Below are positions 22,225 to 31,914 of a stretch of 45,826 bases of DNA, piece by piece. The stretch is from NCBI GenBank assembly GCA_010015805.1, contig ML978140.1, positions 372,001 to 417,826 of the forward strand. The letters run 5' to 3'. Position 1 is the first letter of the stretch. Each line of letters starts with the position of its first letter. The notes under the pieces are model-generated. The model was not told the origin of the DNA. It did not search any database and was given only the letters and a program-made list of their open reading frames with translations. Source of the DNA: Rhizodiscina lignyota (Eukaryota). The position numbers were made by a program, and so were the translations under genes.

Positions 22225-23877
22225 ATGGCAGGCGCCGAGATGGCCGAAGTTGGAGGCCCAAATCCGATCCTTTACCGAAATCTAGAAAACACCGTCTTCG
22301 TCATAGACATACCTACTTCCATCGCGGTGGCTCAATCGTTCGAGCACCTTCGACAACTGCTCTCAACAGTTGCAAGGACCAAACCCATGAAAACTCCAGT
22401 ACCCGAAAACGCGGACGCCCTAGCGGAGTTCTATCAGATCAACAACGATGTTCATGATGAGGAGAAGTTTAACATCGCGCAAGCCTTGGACGAGGTTCGT
22501 AAAGCGATGCCTGGTCGAGAGTGGTGCCTTCCTCGCTTCATCCATGCCTCACCTCCTACACAGGGCCAGTCCCCGGAAGCTGCCAGCACTGTACTGGAGC
22601 TGGAGCCGGGCTTTCTGACCAAGCTCTCCAAGTACGAGTACGACGACAAGGACGATCTCTACGAGTTCTTCGGTCGCCCAGCACCGCCGGTGAGAACTGA
22701 TGCGCCTCTAGCATCAGACGATGACACGGGGCCACCGACAGAACCAGCTGAGTCTGTCCAGCCTGACGAGCTAGTAGAGGATAGCAAGAAGCGCAAACAC
22801 CGCAGCGCGACGCCACCGGTTGATGAGCCTAAGCCTGTGAACAAGAAGCTGCGTCAAGACGATGATGGCACTGTGCACCTCAAAGAGTACAGTGGCATAG
22901 GAGAGGCACTAGAGGACAAGACAAAGGAGGATGTTGAGCGAGCAGAGGAGCCTGCTACAGGAGAGGAGGAGTTCAAGCATGCAGAAGCAGAACTCTGGTA
23001 CCCGGTGTTCCACAATGAGACCGACAGCACGCGTCGCCTCTCTGTCCTAGTCGCGAAATCGCTTCCCGCTTCCGACGCTAAACACTTCTTCATTCCTCCC
23101 AAGTCGACCTTTGTTCTTAGCGACATTTGGGGAGAGGGATTCTTTCGTGGTGAGGTCAGGCATGCTGCCAACGAGAACGAAGCACCCGGGGCTCGCCGCT
23201 TCAATCTCATCTTGATGGATCCGCCGTGGCCAAACAGATCTGCCAAGGATTGGGAATTCGGAAAGACGAACGGGTACACCGGTTACAAGAGCAATGACAG
23301 TATGTGGGAGAGTTATCATATGCTCAGAAACCTCAGCTTGGATATGCACCTCGCTCCCGGTGGCTTTCTTGCTGTGTGGGTGACAAACAACGAACAAGTA
23401 CGTGAGCTTGTGGTGGGGGATTCAGGCCCGGCGAAGAATCAGTACAAGAAGGAGTACAAGAAGGACTTTCTATTCAAGCAGCTTGGAGTAAAGTTGGTTG
23501 AGGAGTGGATGTGGGTCAAGACAACGCCGAAGGGTGACCCGGTGAGAGAGTTGGGAGTCAAGTGGTGGAGAAGGCCTTATGAGGTGTTACTCATTGGCCA
23601 GAAGACTGACGACGAGGGCGGAGGAGAGGAGGAGGAGGAGGAGGAGGAGGAGGAGGAGGAGGAGGAGGAGGTCAAGAGGCGCGTCATGTTTGCGGTCGGC
23701 GATATTCACTCGCGCAAGCCTTGCCTCAAGGCGTTGTTCGAGGAGATCTTGCTCGGCCGGAAGGAGAACTACAGGGCGCTCGAGATCTTCTCGAGGTATG
23801 GCGTGGCGGGCTGGTGGTCTTGGGGCGACGAGGCCATCAAGTTCAACTGGGACGGCTACTGGCGCAAGCCCGAGTAG
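22225..23877 (+). CDS. MT-A70 family N6-adenine methyltransferase, METTL4-like, ~550 aa (start may be 22225 or 22240)
   Basis: Catalytic LILMDPPWPNRS, AVWVTN, EEWMWVKTTPKGDPV, RPYEVLLIG, HSRKPCL, LEIFSR and WWSWGDE. N-terminal ILY.N...VFVIDIPTSI motif as in fungal METTL4-type proteins. Confidence 0.92.
   Translation: MAGAEMAEVGGPNPILYRNLENTVFVIDIPTSIAVAQSFEHLRQLLSTVARTKPMKTPVPENADALAEFYQINNDVHDEEKFNIAQALDEVRKAMPGREWCLPRFIHASPPTQGQSPEAASTVLELEPGFLTKLSKYEYDDKDDLYEFFGRPAPPVRTDAPLASDDDTGPPTEPAESVQPDELVEDSKKRKHRSATPPVDEPKPVNKKLRQDDDGTVHLKEYSGIGEALEDKTKEDVERAEEPATGEEEFKHAEAELWYPVFHNETDSTRRLSVLVAKSLPASDAKHFFIPPKSTFVLSDIWGEGFFRGEVRHAANENEAPGARRFNLILMDPPWPNRSAKDWEFGKTNGYTGYKSNDSMWESYHMLRNLSLDMHLAPGGFLAVWVTNNEQVRELVVGDSGPAKNQYKKEYKKDFLFKQLGVKLVEEWMWVKTTPKGDPVRELGVKWWRRPYEVLLIGQKTDDEGGGEEEEEEEEEEEEEEEVKRRVMFAVGDIHSRKPCLKALFEEILLGRKENYRALEIFSRYGVAGWWSWGDEAIKFNWDGYWRKPE
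23626..23670 (+). repeat. Perfect (GAG)15 microsatellite encoding poly-Glu inside the MT-A70 domain
   Basis: Fifteen uninterrupted GAG codons between RPYEVLLIG and the HSRKP motif. Confidence 0.97.
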
Positions 23878-26800
23878 CCTCAAGGTAGTGAGATGGTCGT
23901 AGTGCGGGCGGTCTGGGGGTCCTGGGGGACGCGGTGATCAATTCTAGTAGCAAGGCTACTAGAGCGAGGCTAAGTAGCCTCAAAATTACTCAGATGATCG
24001 TAAAGTGTCAAAGATTTTTCGGCTTTGAAAATGAGTGAATTCGTGAAATTGCAGCTGCTCTGTTGTATCGAAGATTGAGCAAACTGGCTCGGATATTTAA
24101 ACAAGGCAGGTGCATTCTCTAACATAATGCAAGCGATCCAAAAATCAAAGACCATTATTAGGCGTAGCACAAACGAATACCAAACCATTGATCTGGGCCG
24201 CAACATTCGCATTTCTGCCGAGCAGTTGCTTGAACATACACATGCTCGACTTATTATACAGTAATAAGTATCGTGATGCTTGATATGGCGGCCTTTCAAC
24301 TATCCTCTTACGCTTAGTTCCTTGAAGATGGGTGTGTTAGTCATTTCACACCCTGTTCTGTACGCGTACATGAGCTCGATGCTACTGTACGAACTGCTCT
24401 TCACAGGGCATGCAATGCACGGTAAGTAGCGAGCATCACAAGCCTTGGCCGTGCAGTCTTCCACTTCTCTCGCTAAAGTTGATCTTGATAAAGAGGCTCG
24501 CTCTATTCTCAAACGCGTTGCTCCATATTCGTACAAGAGCTTATTCCTACTGTATGACATCAACAAGCCAACAGTGTGCTTCAATATGCAGTGGCGACTA
24601 TCCCGAGCCTCGACCGACTGGTCTTCCAACTATCTCCTCAAGGTAACTCCTACTGACGAGGCTTTCTCTGTTCTTGAACGCCTTGCTCCACACGCATAGC
24701 TGTTCCTCTTCTAAGAATTGAACCAATCTTCAACTTTGCCTGAGGTCAGTTGCAGAACGAATTCCATCATAGCTCCTGCTCCATGTCGGCCGACAGGAAC
24801 GCCGAAAAATGCATCTTGTGGGTTGTCGGGCCGAAGCAACTCCGCAACGGCCCGAGTATATTCACATCCGACTCCCGACACCACTTACGCGGATCCGACC
24901 CTGCCGGGTACTGATTCCGAGCGAGAGATATCGAGATGTGAGATGTTGATCTCGAGAATGAGCCGTAAGTGTGCTTAGACTGTGAAATAAAGCGACCGCT
25001 AGGAAAGCGTGTCGGTCACTAATTTTTCTCGAAGCTTTTGAGACACTAAACAGCAAAAGCGTATCTCTGTAATCAACAACGCATATAAAGCCTTTCAGTA
25101 GTTTCGCTATTATTTAGTACGCCCTAAAAGACGTACAACTGAGCTTCCAGATAATGTCTCATTTACCTTGAACGCAAGAGATGATCACTCTCGAGTGTTA
25201 CTACTTGTCTGGCGGTCAAAATTTTGGTGTCTTCTAGATTTTCTACATTGCGCATTAACATGTCGGATAAGCGCGCTTCGGGTAACGAAATGCGTTTGTG
25301 CAATTGCAAAATCATAGACAAAGGTCCACATGGTATCCACTTGAGTATCCACTATATTTTTTCCAAGATCTTGCAGGAGACACCGAGGTTGCAGAATCTG
25401 AGCTGCGATGGATTTATGGTGGAGCCCGGTTACCTGGCACCGGGGAGAGCTTTGTGGGAAGAATACCGACAACGGTCTCTCTTGCCGTTCGAGATCATAA
25501 CGAGAGACTTGCCTAAAAGAGGGTTGTAGCGTGTTATCCACCGATTCCACCCGTAGCCGACCGTTTGCGGGTGTACGGGAACAAGAGAAGGACCGATTTT
25601 CGGAAGCATGAAAGAGAGCGGAGCGGACACCTCTACGGAGACTAGACAGCTCTTGAATATTGTATAGACTTGTGAAAGACGGGAATAAAGACTAACGATT
25701 CATGCAAGAATATCACGACTCATGCTCGAAAATAGACGTTGAAGTGGAGGGGAGGAATGTCACTATTGAGGTCCAGAAGAGTGTGGAGCACATGAAATAG
25801 ATAACCGAGACCGATTTCACATGATCCAGAATGCTGAACTCGCCTCGTCGCATCGAGAGCTTGCCTCCTCGAATAGAAATCCACCCCCCACAATCAATAT
25901 TGACATTAATGCAGTGGTGACTCGTCTCAGGCAGCTTGGGCGTCTTTCTGTCACGAGCTTGCGTACTTCGGACTGCCTGGATGTGATCAGAGTCCTCGTG
26001 GCTCAGCAGGCAACGTGTACAAAGGCAACCGAGCGGCCTCCAGACAACTCAGCGGCCTCTGACAACTCATGGAGGGTGCAAACCACGAATAGAAAGTTTC
26101 TGAGCACAACCTTCTCAGAAGCGACGGCTTCTGATTTGAAAGCGGCATCTGCTCTGGGCTCGCTCGCTAAAACATTGAGTGGTATTGTTAGAGCACAAAG
26201 CAAGCTTTCACTTTGCCTACTATTTTCTAGACTCCGACCCTGATTCAGAGTCATGCTGAGTTGTTCATGAGCCAGACGAAGGACAGTAGTCAGCAGTCAG
26301 TCTCATGGATGATGGATGGCCGCGAGGAGCCCTCGGTGTACGCGCCCGAGGCTTTCTTCTGCCTGCGGCGGCATTTGCTTTGTACCCAAGCCTTCCGAAG
26401 CCGGCAAAAGAATCATCGAGGGTGAGGGGTTTGGGCGATGGGTGTAAAGGCTTTATGAATATGGGCAAGCGTCCACTTCCGTAGGGGTGGCCCATCAGCC
26501 GGCGGCGAAATTATTTCGGAACCCACTGAATTCTGTACCCCAGATATCGTGCTGCTTCTTCCAGGTAAGCGACGATTTTCAGGGTCCAGCCATCCTCCTC
26601 GCCGGGTTGCGATGGCTACCTAAGGCTGAGAAAGCACTTTAGGCGGGAATAGCGATGCGACACGGGTCCGGACATCCTGCTTTATGAGTTTTCGCACGAG
26701 TTGGAGGTTGCAACGCTCCGCCCTGCGCTGACGGCGTCTTCGGCCTGCTGACTGTTCAATACTGACAATACATCTCGGACAACGGAGCAGCCCAATGGGG

Positions 26801-27057
26801 TATTCGTAGGCCAATACGGCGAAAGCGGCCACGGAGATTTTTGTAGGCACCGTACTTCGCACGTATCGCACGCAGCAAGTCGCATACACGCTGTGGCAAA
26901 GGTGTGTAGATTACGCGGCATGAGCTATGTTTACAACACGGAATGCTGATGATGCAGAATGATGGCATCTCGTGTGAGAAGGAAGCCGAAAGAGAGCAAT
27001 AGTGATGGATGATATTCGGATCCGAGTAAAGCAAATACATGGTGGACTTTTGTGCTG

Positions 27058-27089
27058 CTGCCGCTCTGCCACTCTGCCACTCTGCCACT
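27058..27089 (+). repeat. Tandem 8-mer repeat (CTGCCRCT)x4
   Basis: ctgccgct ctgccact ctgccact ctgccact in intergenic DNA. Confidence 0.9.
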
Positions 27090-28137
27090 GCAGAATATCG
27101 CCGGTGCCGGAGCAGCAATACACTCACGATAATTGACGGTGACATTACTCGTGCTAGTTTGTTCTGCGGGCCAGCGGCACTGGTGCCGCGAAACATGAAA
27201 CTGCACAAAAGCGAAAGGAAAGGTTATTGTATGCTTTTGCTTCGCCGGGCAGACCCGAATGGGATGTCGCCTGTGTGCGACGGGAGGGCGACACCCATGC
27301 GAATCAAGGCGAGACAGCCGAGGCCTCGCATCCCACGCGCGCACACTCATCTGCCACGCTGTTTTGCGACGTGTATGGTTGTGTAGCATCTGCCACGGTC
27401 TGAGCAATCATCCAGCTTGGTCATATGGTTGGCGGTCAAGCGCCTGTGAGTTGTCGCTGCCTGCCACGCTGAATGTGACGGGGAGTCGCCTTGGTCGCCT
27501 GGCCGGGGCGCCAAACAGAAGCAACCGTGAAGTATTTGCTGCCTCAAGGCGGTGGAAAAGCAGTTTTCTCGGTGTTTGATTGAATGGAAGAAAACCCCAC
27601 AGCCTGCGCGGAAGTCGGAGCGGGGGTCCCATTCGCATGACTCGGTGAGCGTGCTCGCCAATGCCCTGCGCACGGCCAGAGTGCTCCGGAAGATTCGCTG
27701 ACTTTTCGGGGCGGTGTGGGTTGCTTTTCGCCTTGCGCGGGCTTTCTCCCGCGGAAGGAGGCGCGGCGGTGAATGTCGTGGGATGCGCAACCGGAAGAGT
27801 CATCCAGACCGATTTGCATAGTTAAGACACTCGAGCCCCGAGGCGTGCTTCGTGATTAATTTTGCTGGCCAGCACAGCACGCGCACATAATACTGCCTTG
27901 GATCCCGCGACGTCTGTTCCAAGATTTTTGGTTGTTTGCCATCGGCCGATACCAAGCGCTGCTTCCTGACGCGTTCCCTGTATATTAGTCGCGTCTCCGT
28001 CATAGACACCGTTTACGGCCATAACCCGGAGACAGAACAACACATACATCACAACAACAACACGGCAAGATATATACTACTTAGCCACACCCAAATCCGC
28101 CGCGAAGGCGAAACCCTCCACAAATACTTCCGCCATC

Positions 28138-28593
28138 ATGTATTTAAGTGTCTCACCCAAATCTTCTCCCGCTTCGCCTACTCTCTCGATCGGTTTCCCA
28201 TCATCCATGGAATCGATACGAAGCACCACTTCGCACAGCGCGCCTAGTGCATCAAAAGGCAGCGCCTGTGCCTATCCCAGCTGGCCGACGGCAGAGTCCC
28301 TTCGACCGTTTGGCAGCTTCGCAACCATTCCCTCATCCTTCATCAGCGACGCAGAGCTCTTTGGCGACGACGAATTTGGCTACGACGGCGAGGAAGTGCA
28401 CGCGCCTTACCTTGAACAGCCACCGCCGCCTCCTCGCCAGTACGCCATGCCGACGCAGATGGCCATGCCACTGCTTCCGATCTTTGCTGCACCAGTAAAG
28501 ACGGAGAAGAAGAGGAGAAAGAGCTCGCGAAAGCAAAGCAACCGGGCCAAGCCCATGACTCCCATCAGCGAGTCGCCAGAGACCCCCGAGTGA
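28138..28593 (+). CDS. Small S/P-rich fungal hypothetical protein, 151 aa
   Basis: ATG in good context (catcATG) after a CA-rich leader. Motif-like blocks SACAYPSWP, SSFISDAEL, basic KKRRKSSRK and terminal PMTPISE. Confidence 0.75.
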   Translation: MYLSVSPKSSPASPTLSIGFPSSMESIRSTTSHSAPSASKGSACAYPSWPTAESLRPFGSFATIPSSFISDAELFGDDEFGYDGEEVHAPYLEQPPPPPRQYAMPTQMAMPLLPIFAAPVKTEKKRRKSSRKQSNRAKPMTPISESPETPE

Positions 28594-31500
28594 ATGATGA
28601 CGACTTTACGAATTCATGACAGCGAAATGGTGAGTTCCACCACTGACGATGTGGCTCTGACACGGAAACTAATATGAAAGCAGATTTACCAATGATACCC
28701 AACGATACCATACTCATGATACCCACTGTCCATCAAGGCAGTTTAATGTCAACGATTTCACGTCACCGCATTGCATCGCACTGCATTCGCGTTATACCTT
28801 ACTGTCGCTGGTCGACAAAGGTGAAGTTGGAACAAAGTTCCATGCCATTTCTTATTTAGAAGGCGCAACATTCCTCGCGCCTTCCTCGCGCACCACCGAA
28901 CGGCTCTCTCCGTCGGCGCGCAAACTTCATCACCTTTGTTCCGAGCCACGCGACGGCAATCATGGAGATTTAAGTCTCATCTTCGTCTGGCGTTCGGCCG
29001 CTTTGGCGGTCGACGTTCCTCATCACGGACCACGGCAGCAATCTCAATGCACGCACGGGTCTCCGACCGGCGGTGCGCAGCCGTTGGGAGTGGAAATTGC
29101 AAATTCGTCATTCAGCGGACCGCTCTCGCGTCCTGCCAGCCACAATCACTCGCACGAGCTGGCGCTCGGTCTGGAGAACCTCGTCGCGATCCTGAAGCCC
29201 TACGCGCATCGCATCGGTATGGTGTCCATACGCGATGCGCAAGCAGTCAGGGGAAGATTCGAAGGACTGGAGGCAAAGGAGAGCACTGGCGGCTACCAGG
29301 ACGGTCTAGCCCTCTTTAAGAGGCAAATGTTGATGTCTGGCCTTTTCGGCAGGCAGAGCAGGGTTTCTGATGATCGTGGATGGAGTGTGAAGGTTGGTGC
29401 ATGGATCGATTAAGAATCGACGGCTGGAGCGGGACGCAGCGGCCCCCGGGCGGGAGGGAGGCTTGAGCCTTGACGAGCAGAGTATGGCGCGGGCGCTTAA
29501 GCCTTGTCGCCCAGGCCCATCGCGGGACTTTATGCAATACATGCAAGACAGTCAACAAATATCAATGAAATTGATAAGACACTATTCCAAAAATCCCAGG
29601 TGAAAATGCTGCAAGCTCGTATTGCCATTGGATGATTTTCCTTCGTGATGCTGAACACTAAAAAGCCGTCACGACTATCCCAGCCTCACCCGTAACGCTC
29701 GAGTCAAGCAGACCTGCCTCGTCGCGGGAATGGAGAAGGTTTCCGCTAACCCTTGGAGATGTGTTTAAAGGATGCTCGCATGCTGGCAGATCTGATGGCG
29801 AGAGGCTGCACGACGATCAAACCATCACAGACCGTCTCTTAAAAAAATTGCGTGCAGGTACCCATGTGCGGTGATATCTTAGGCGACCTCACCGATCAAG
29901 CAGGTCAAAACGAAGGCATGTAAGCAATATTCGTGAAAATGGAGCTTCGTCCGACGACGAAGATAATCCAGACAATGGGACAACTCATGTTTCTCCTGAC
30001 GAGTACATGTCGGCGACGTTGGAGCTGCGGCCGTCGCTGCATCCTTATGTACCGTCGCGTGGTGGAGAGCTGTCAGTATCCTCAAAGGACCGACGAAGAC
30101 GCAGCTGCAGAGAATTCTCGGAAGCAGCGAAGCCTTCTCTGCGCCGGGACATGTCGCAAGATTTATCGATAAAAGCCTTGAAAGCCTCACCTGCAAGCCC
30201 CGGCTGATATAGCGCAGGGAGCTGCCGAACCCGGTCGAGATGTGATACCGATTTCTAGAAGCTCAAAGCCATGTAGCCATGGACGGTATTGCAAGAGGCG
30301 ACTGTCGCACTCAAGGCACCTGGGGGCGTCGAAGCCCCTCTTTATCCAGGTTCTTTGGCAGGCCGACGCTGAGGGAACGGTGATTCATTTGATTGATTGC
30401 ATGGCTTGGGACGCTCTAGTCTTGGGCAGGATACACCACGTCCACGCGATGCTGCCAGCCCACCATCATGCACCACGCTGTTCCTACAGCCCGCGAGCTC
30501 GACGAGGACGACGGCTTGGTAGAGAGCTCCGCTCGTGTAGCAACGTGACCTGCCGTGCCATGCGTCCTGAGCTGGTTGTTGCTGTCGTGTAACTCGACCT
30601 GGTCACCGACCTCCTGTTCGGCGGGCAGAGCGCTCAATAATGCGCTGTCCCAGGCGGCCCTTGCGGTTGGGAGCGCAAGCTATCCGAGGGAGTCGCCGCA
30701 CTCAATCTGATTCATCGGCGGCTTTTGTGCCCACTGCTCTCCTTTTATGTCCTGGAGCACCGCCTCCGTGGCCGCAAGCAGCAAGTCTCAGGGCGTTCGC
30801 GACAGACAGGGCGGCGAGGGTCCAGCAGAGGAGTGTGTGTGGCTTATGGTGTTGTTGGAGCGTCGAGGGTAGGGGCACTGCTATTTTTGCGGAGGCCATG
30901 CGCGCCCTCCCATTGGCGGGCGGGGGGCAGCGCGGCGGCCAAGTCCATGACCCGAAAATGCAAAGCGTCGCGCCATTCACAAGAAGCATGTGAGCATGGC
31001 CAATGGTGAGCATCGCACAGCTCGTCCACCCTTGCCGTTGCTCATCTTTGTGGGCTTCGAGGAGCGTTGAGCGGGCAAATGGGCAGCCAGCAGCACGAGG
31101 CTCACCACTGATTGCCTCGCCGGCCGACGAAGCTCTCCTCACTCTCGTACCGCGTGCCGGCAAATCCTCATGGCTCCTGCTGCACTCTCACCTCGACCTC
31201 CACTTTGCCCACCCCGGCTCGTGACTTGCACACGCCGACCTCGACGCTGATTGCACCACCCATCTCCCCGGTAGGTAGATGCTTTTCCTTCTCTGCGCTT
31301 TTAAATTATCATGTCTTGAAACCTCTCGCTCCTCTCGCTCTGCTTCAGACCGCTGTGGAGGAGGACTGATTCATGAACGAGCGGGCTCTGACGAGAGCAC
31401 TGTTCGTCGCCCACCAGCTCTAAGCGCCGGCATCTGATTCGAGGCAGCCGTGAAGCGAATTCAGAACTTCGCTGAGTGGTACCTCCAAGCGCCCTGCTGC

Positions 31501-31914
31501 ACATATCCTCCACAGTTCCTGCACGTTTTGACCCTTCGTTGTACCTATTCTCCTCCCACCCTCAAAGCAGGCGGGCGCATGCAGTTCCGCCCACACACGG
31601 ACGACACCCCCAGGTTGAGGCTTGTGCCATTGCAATTCGAGTTGCACATTCGAAAGAAAGGCTTGTCTGCTGGGCCAATCTCAAACGCACGCTTCAGAGC
31701 CGGCTTCCCTTGTCCTGGCGCACGAGAGACGTAGGGTAGGTACCGCATCGTTAAACCCTCCGATTTTATATACCCATATATGCTCCACACCACCCCAATT
31801 GCTATTCCTGGTGGGATTTTTTTTTTCGTTACAGCCCTACGCCCGACCTCATGCCATCGAACATCTTCAACTGGTATAATTCTAACGTCGTGCCTAGCTA
31901 GTCGGCCTGCGGTT

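Noticed and set aside
26561..26570. CTTACCTGG on the minus strand resembling the U1 snRNA 5' end
   Set aside because: Lacks the ATAC start, U1 stem-loops and Sm site. It is just the complement of a donor-like CAG|GTAAG.
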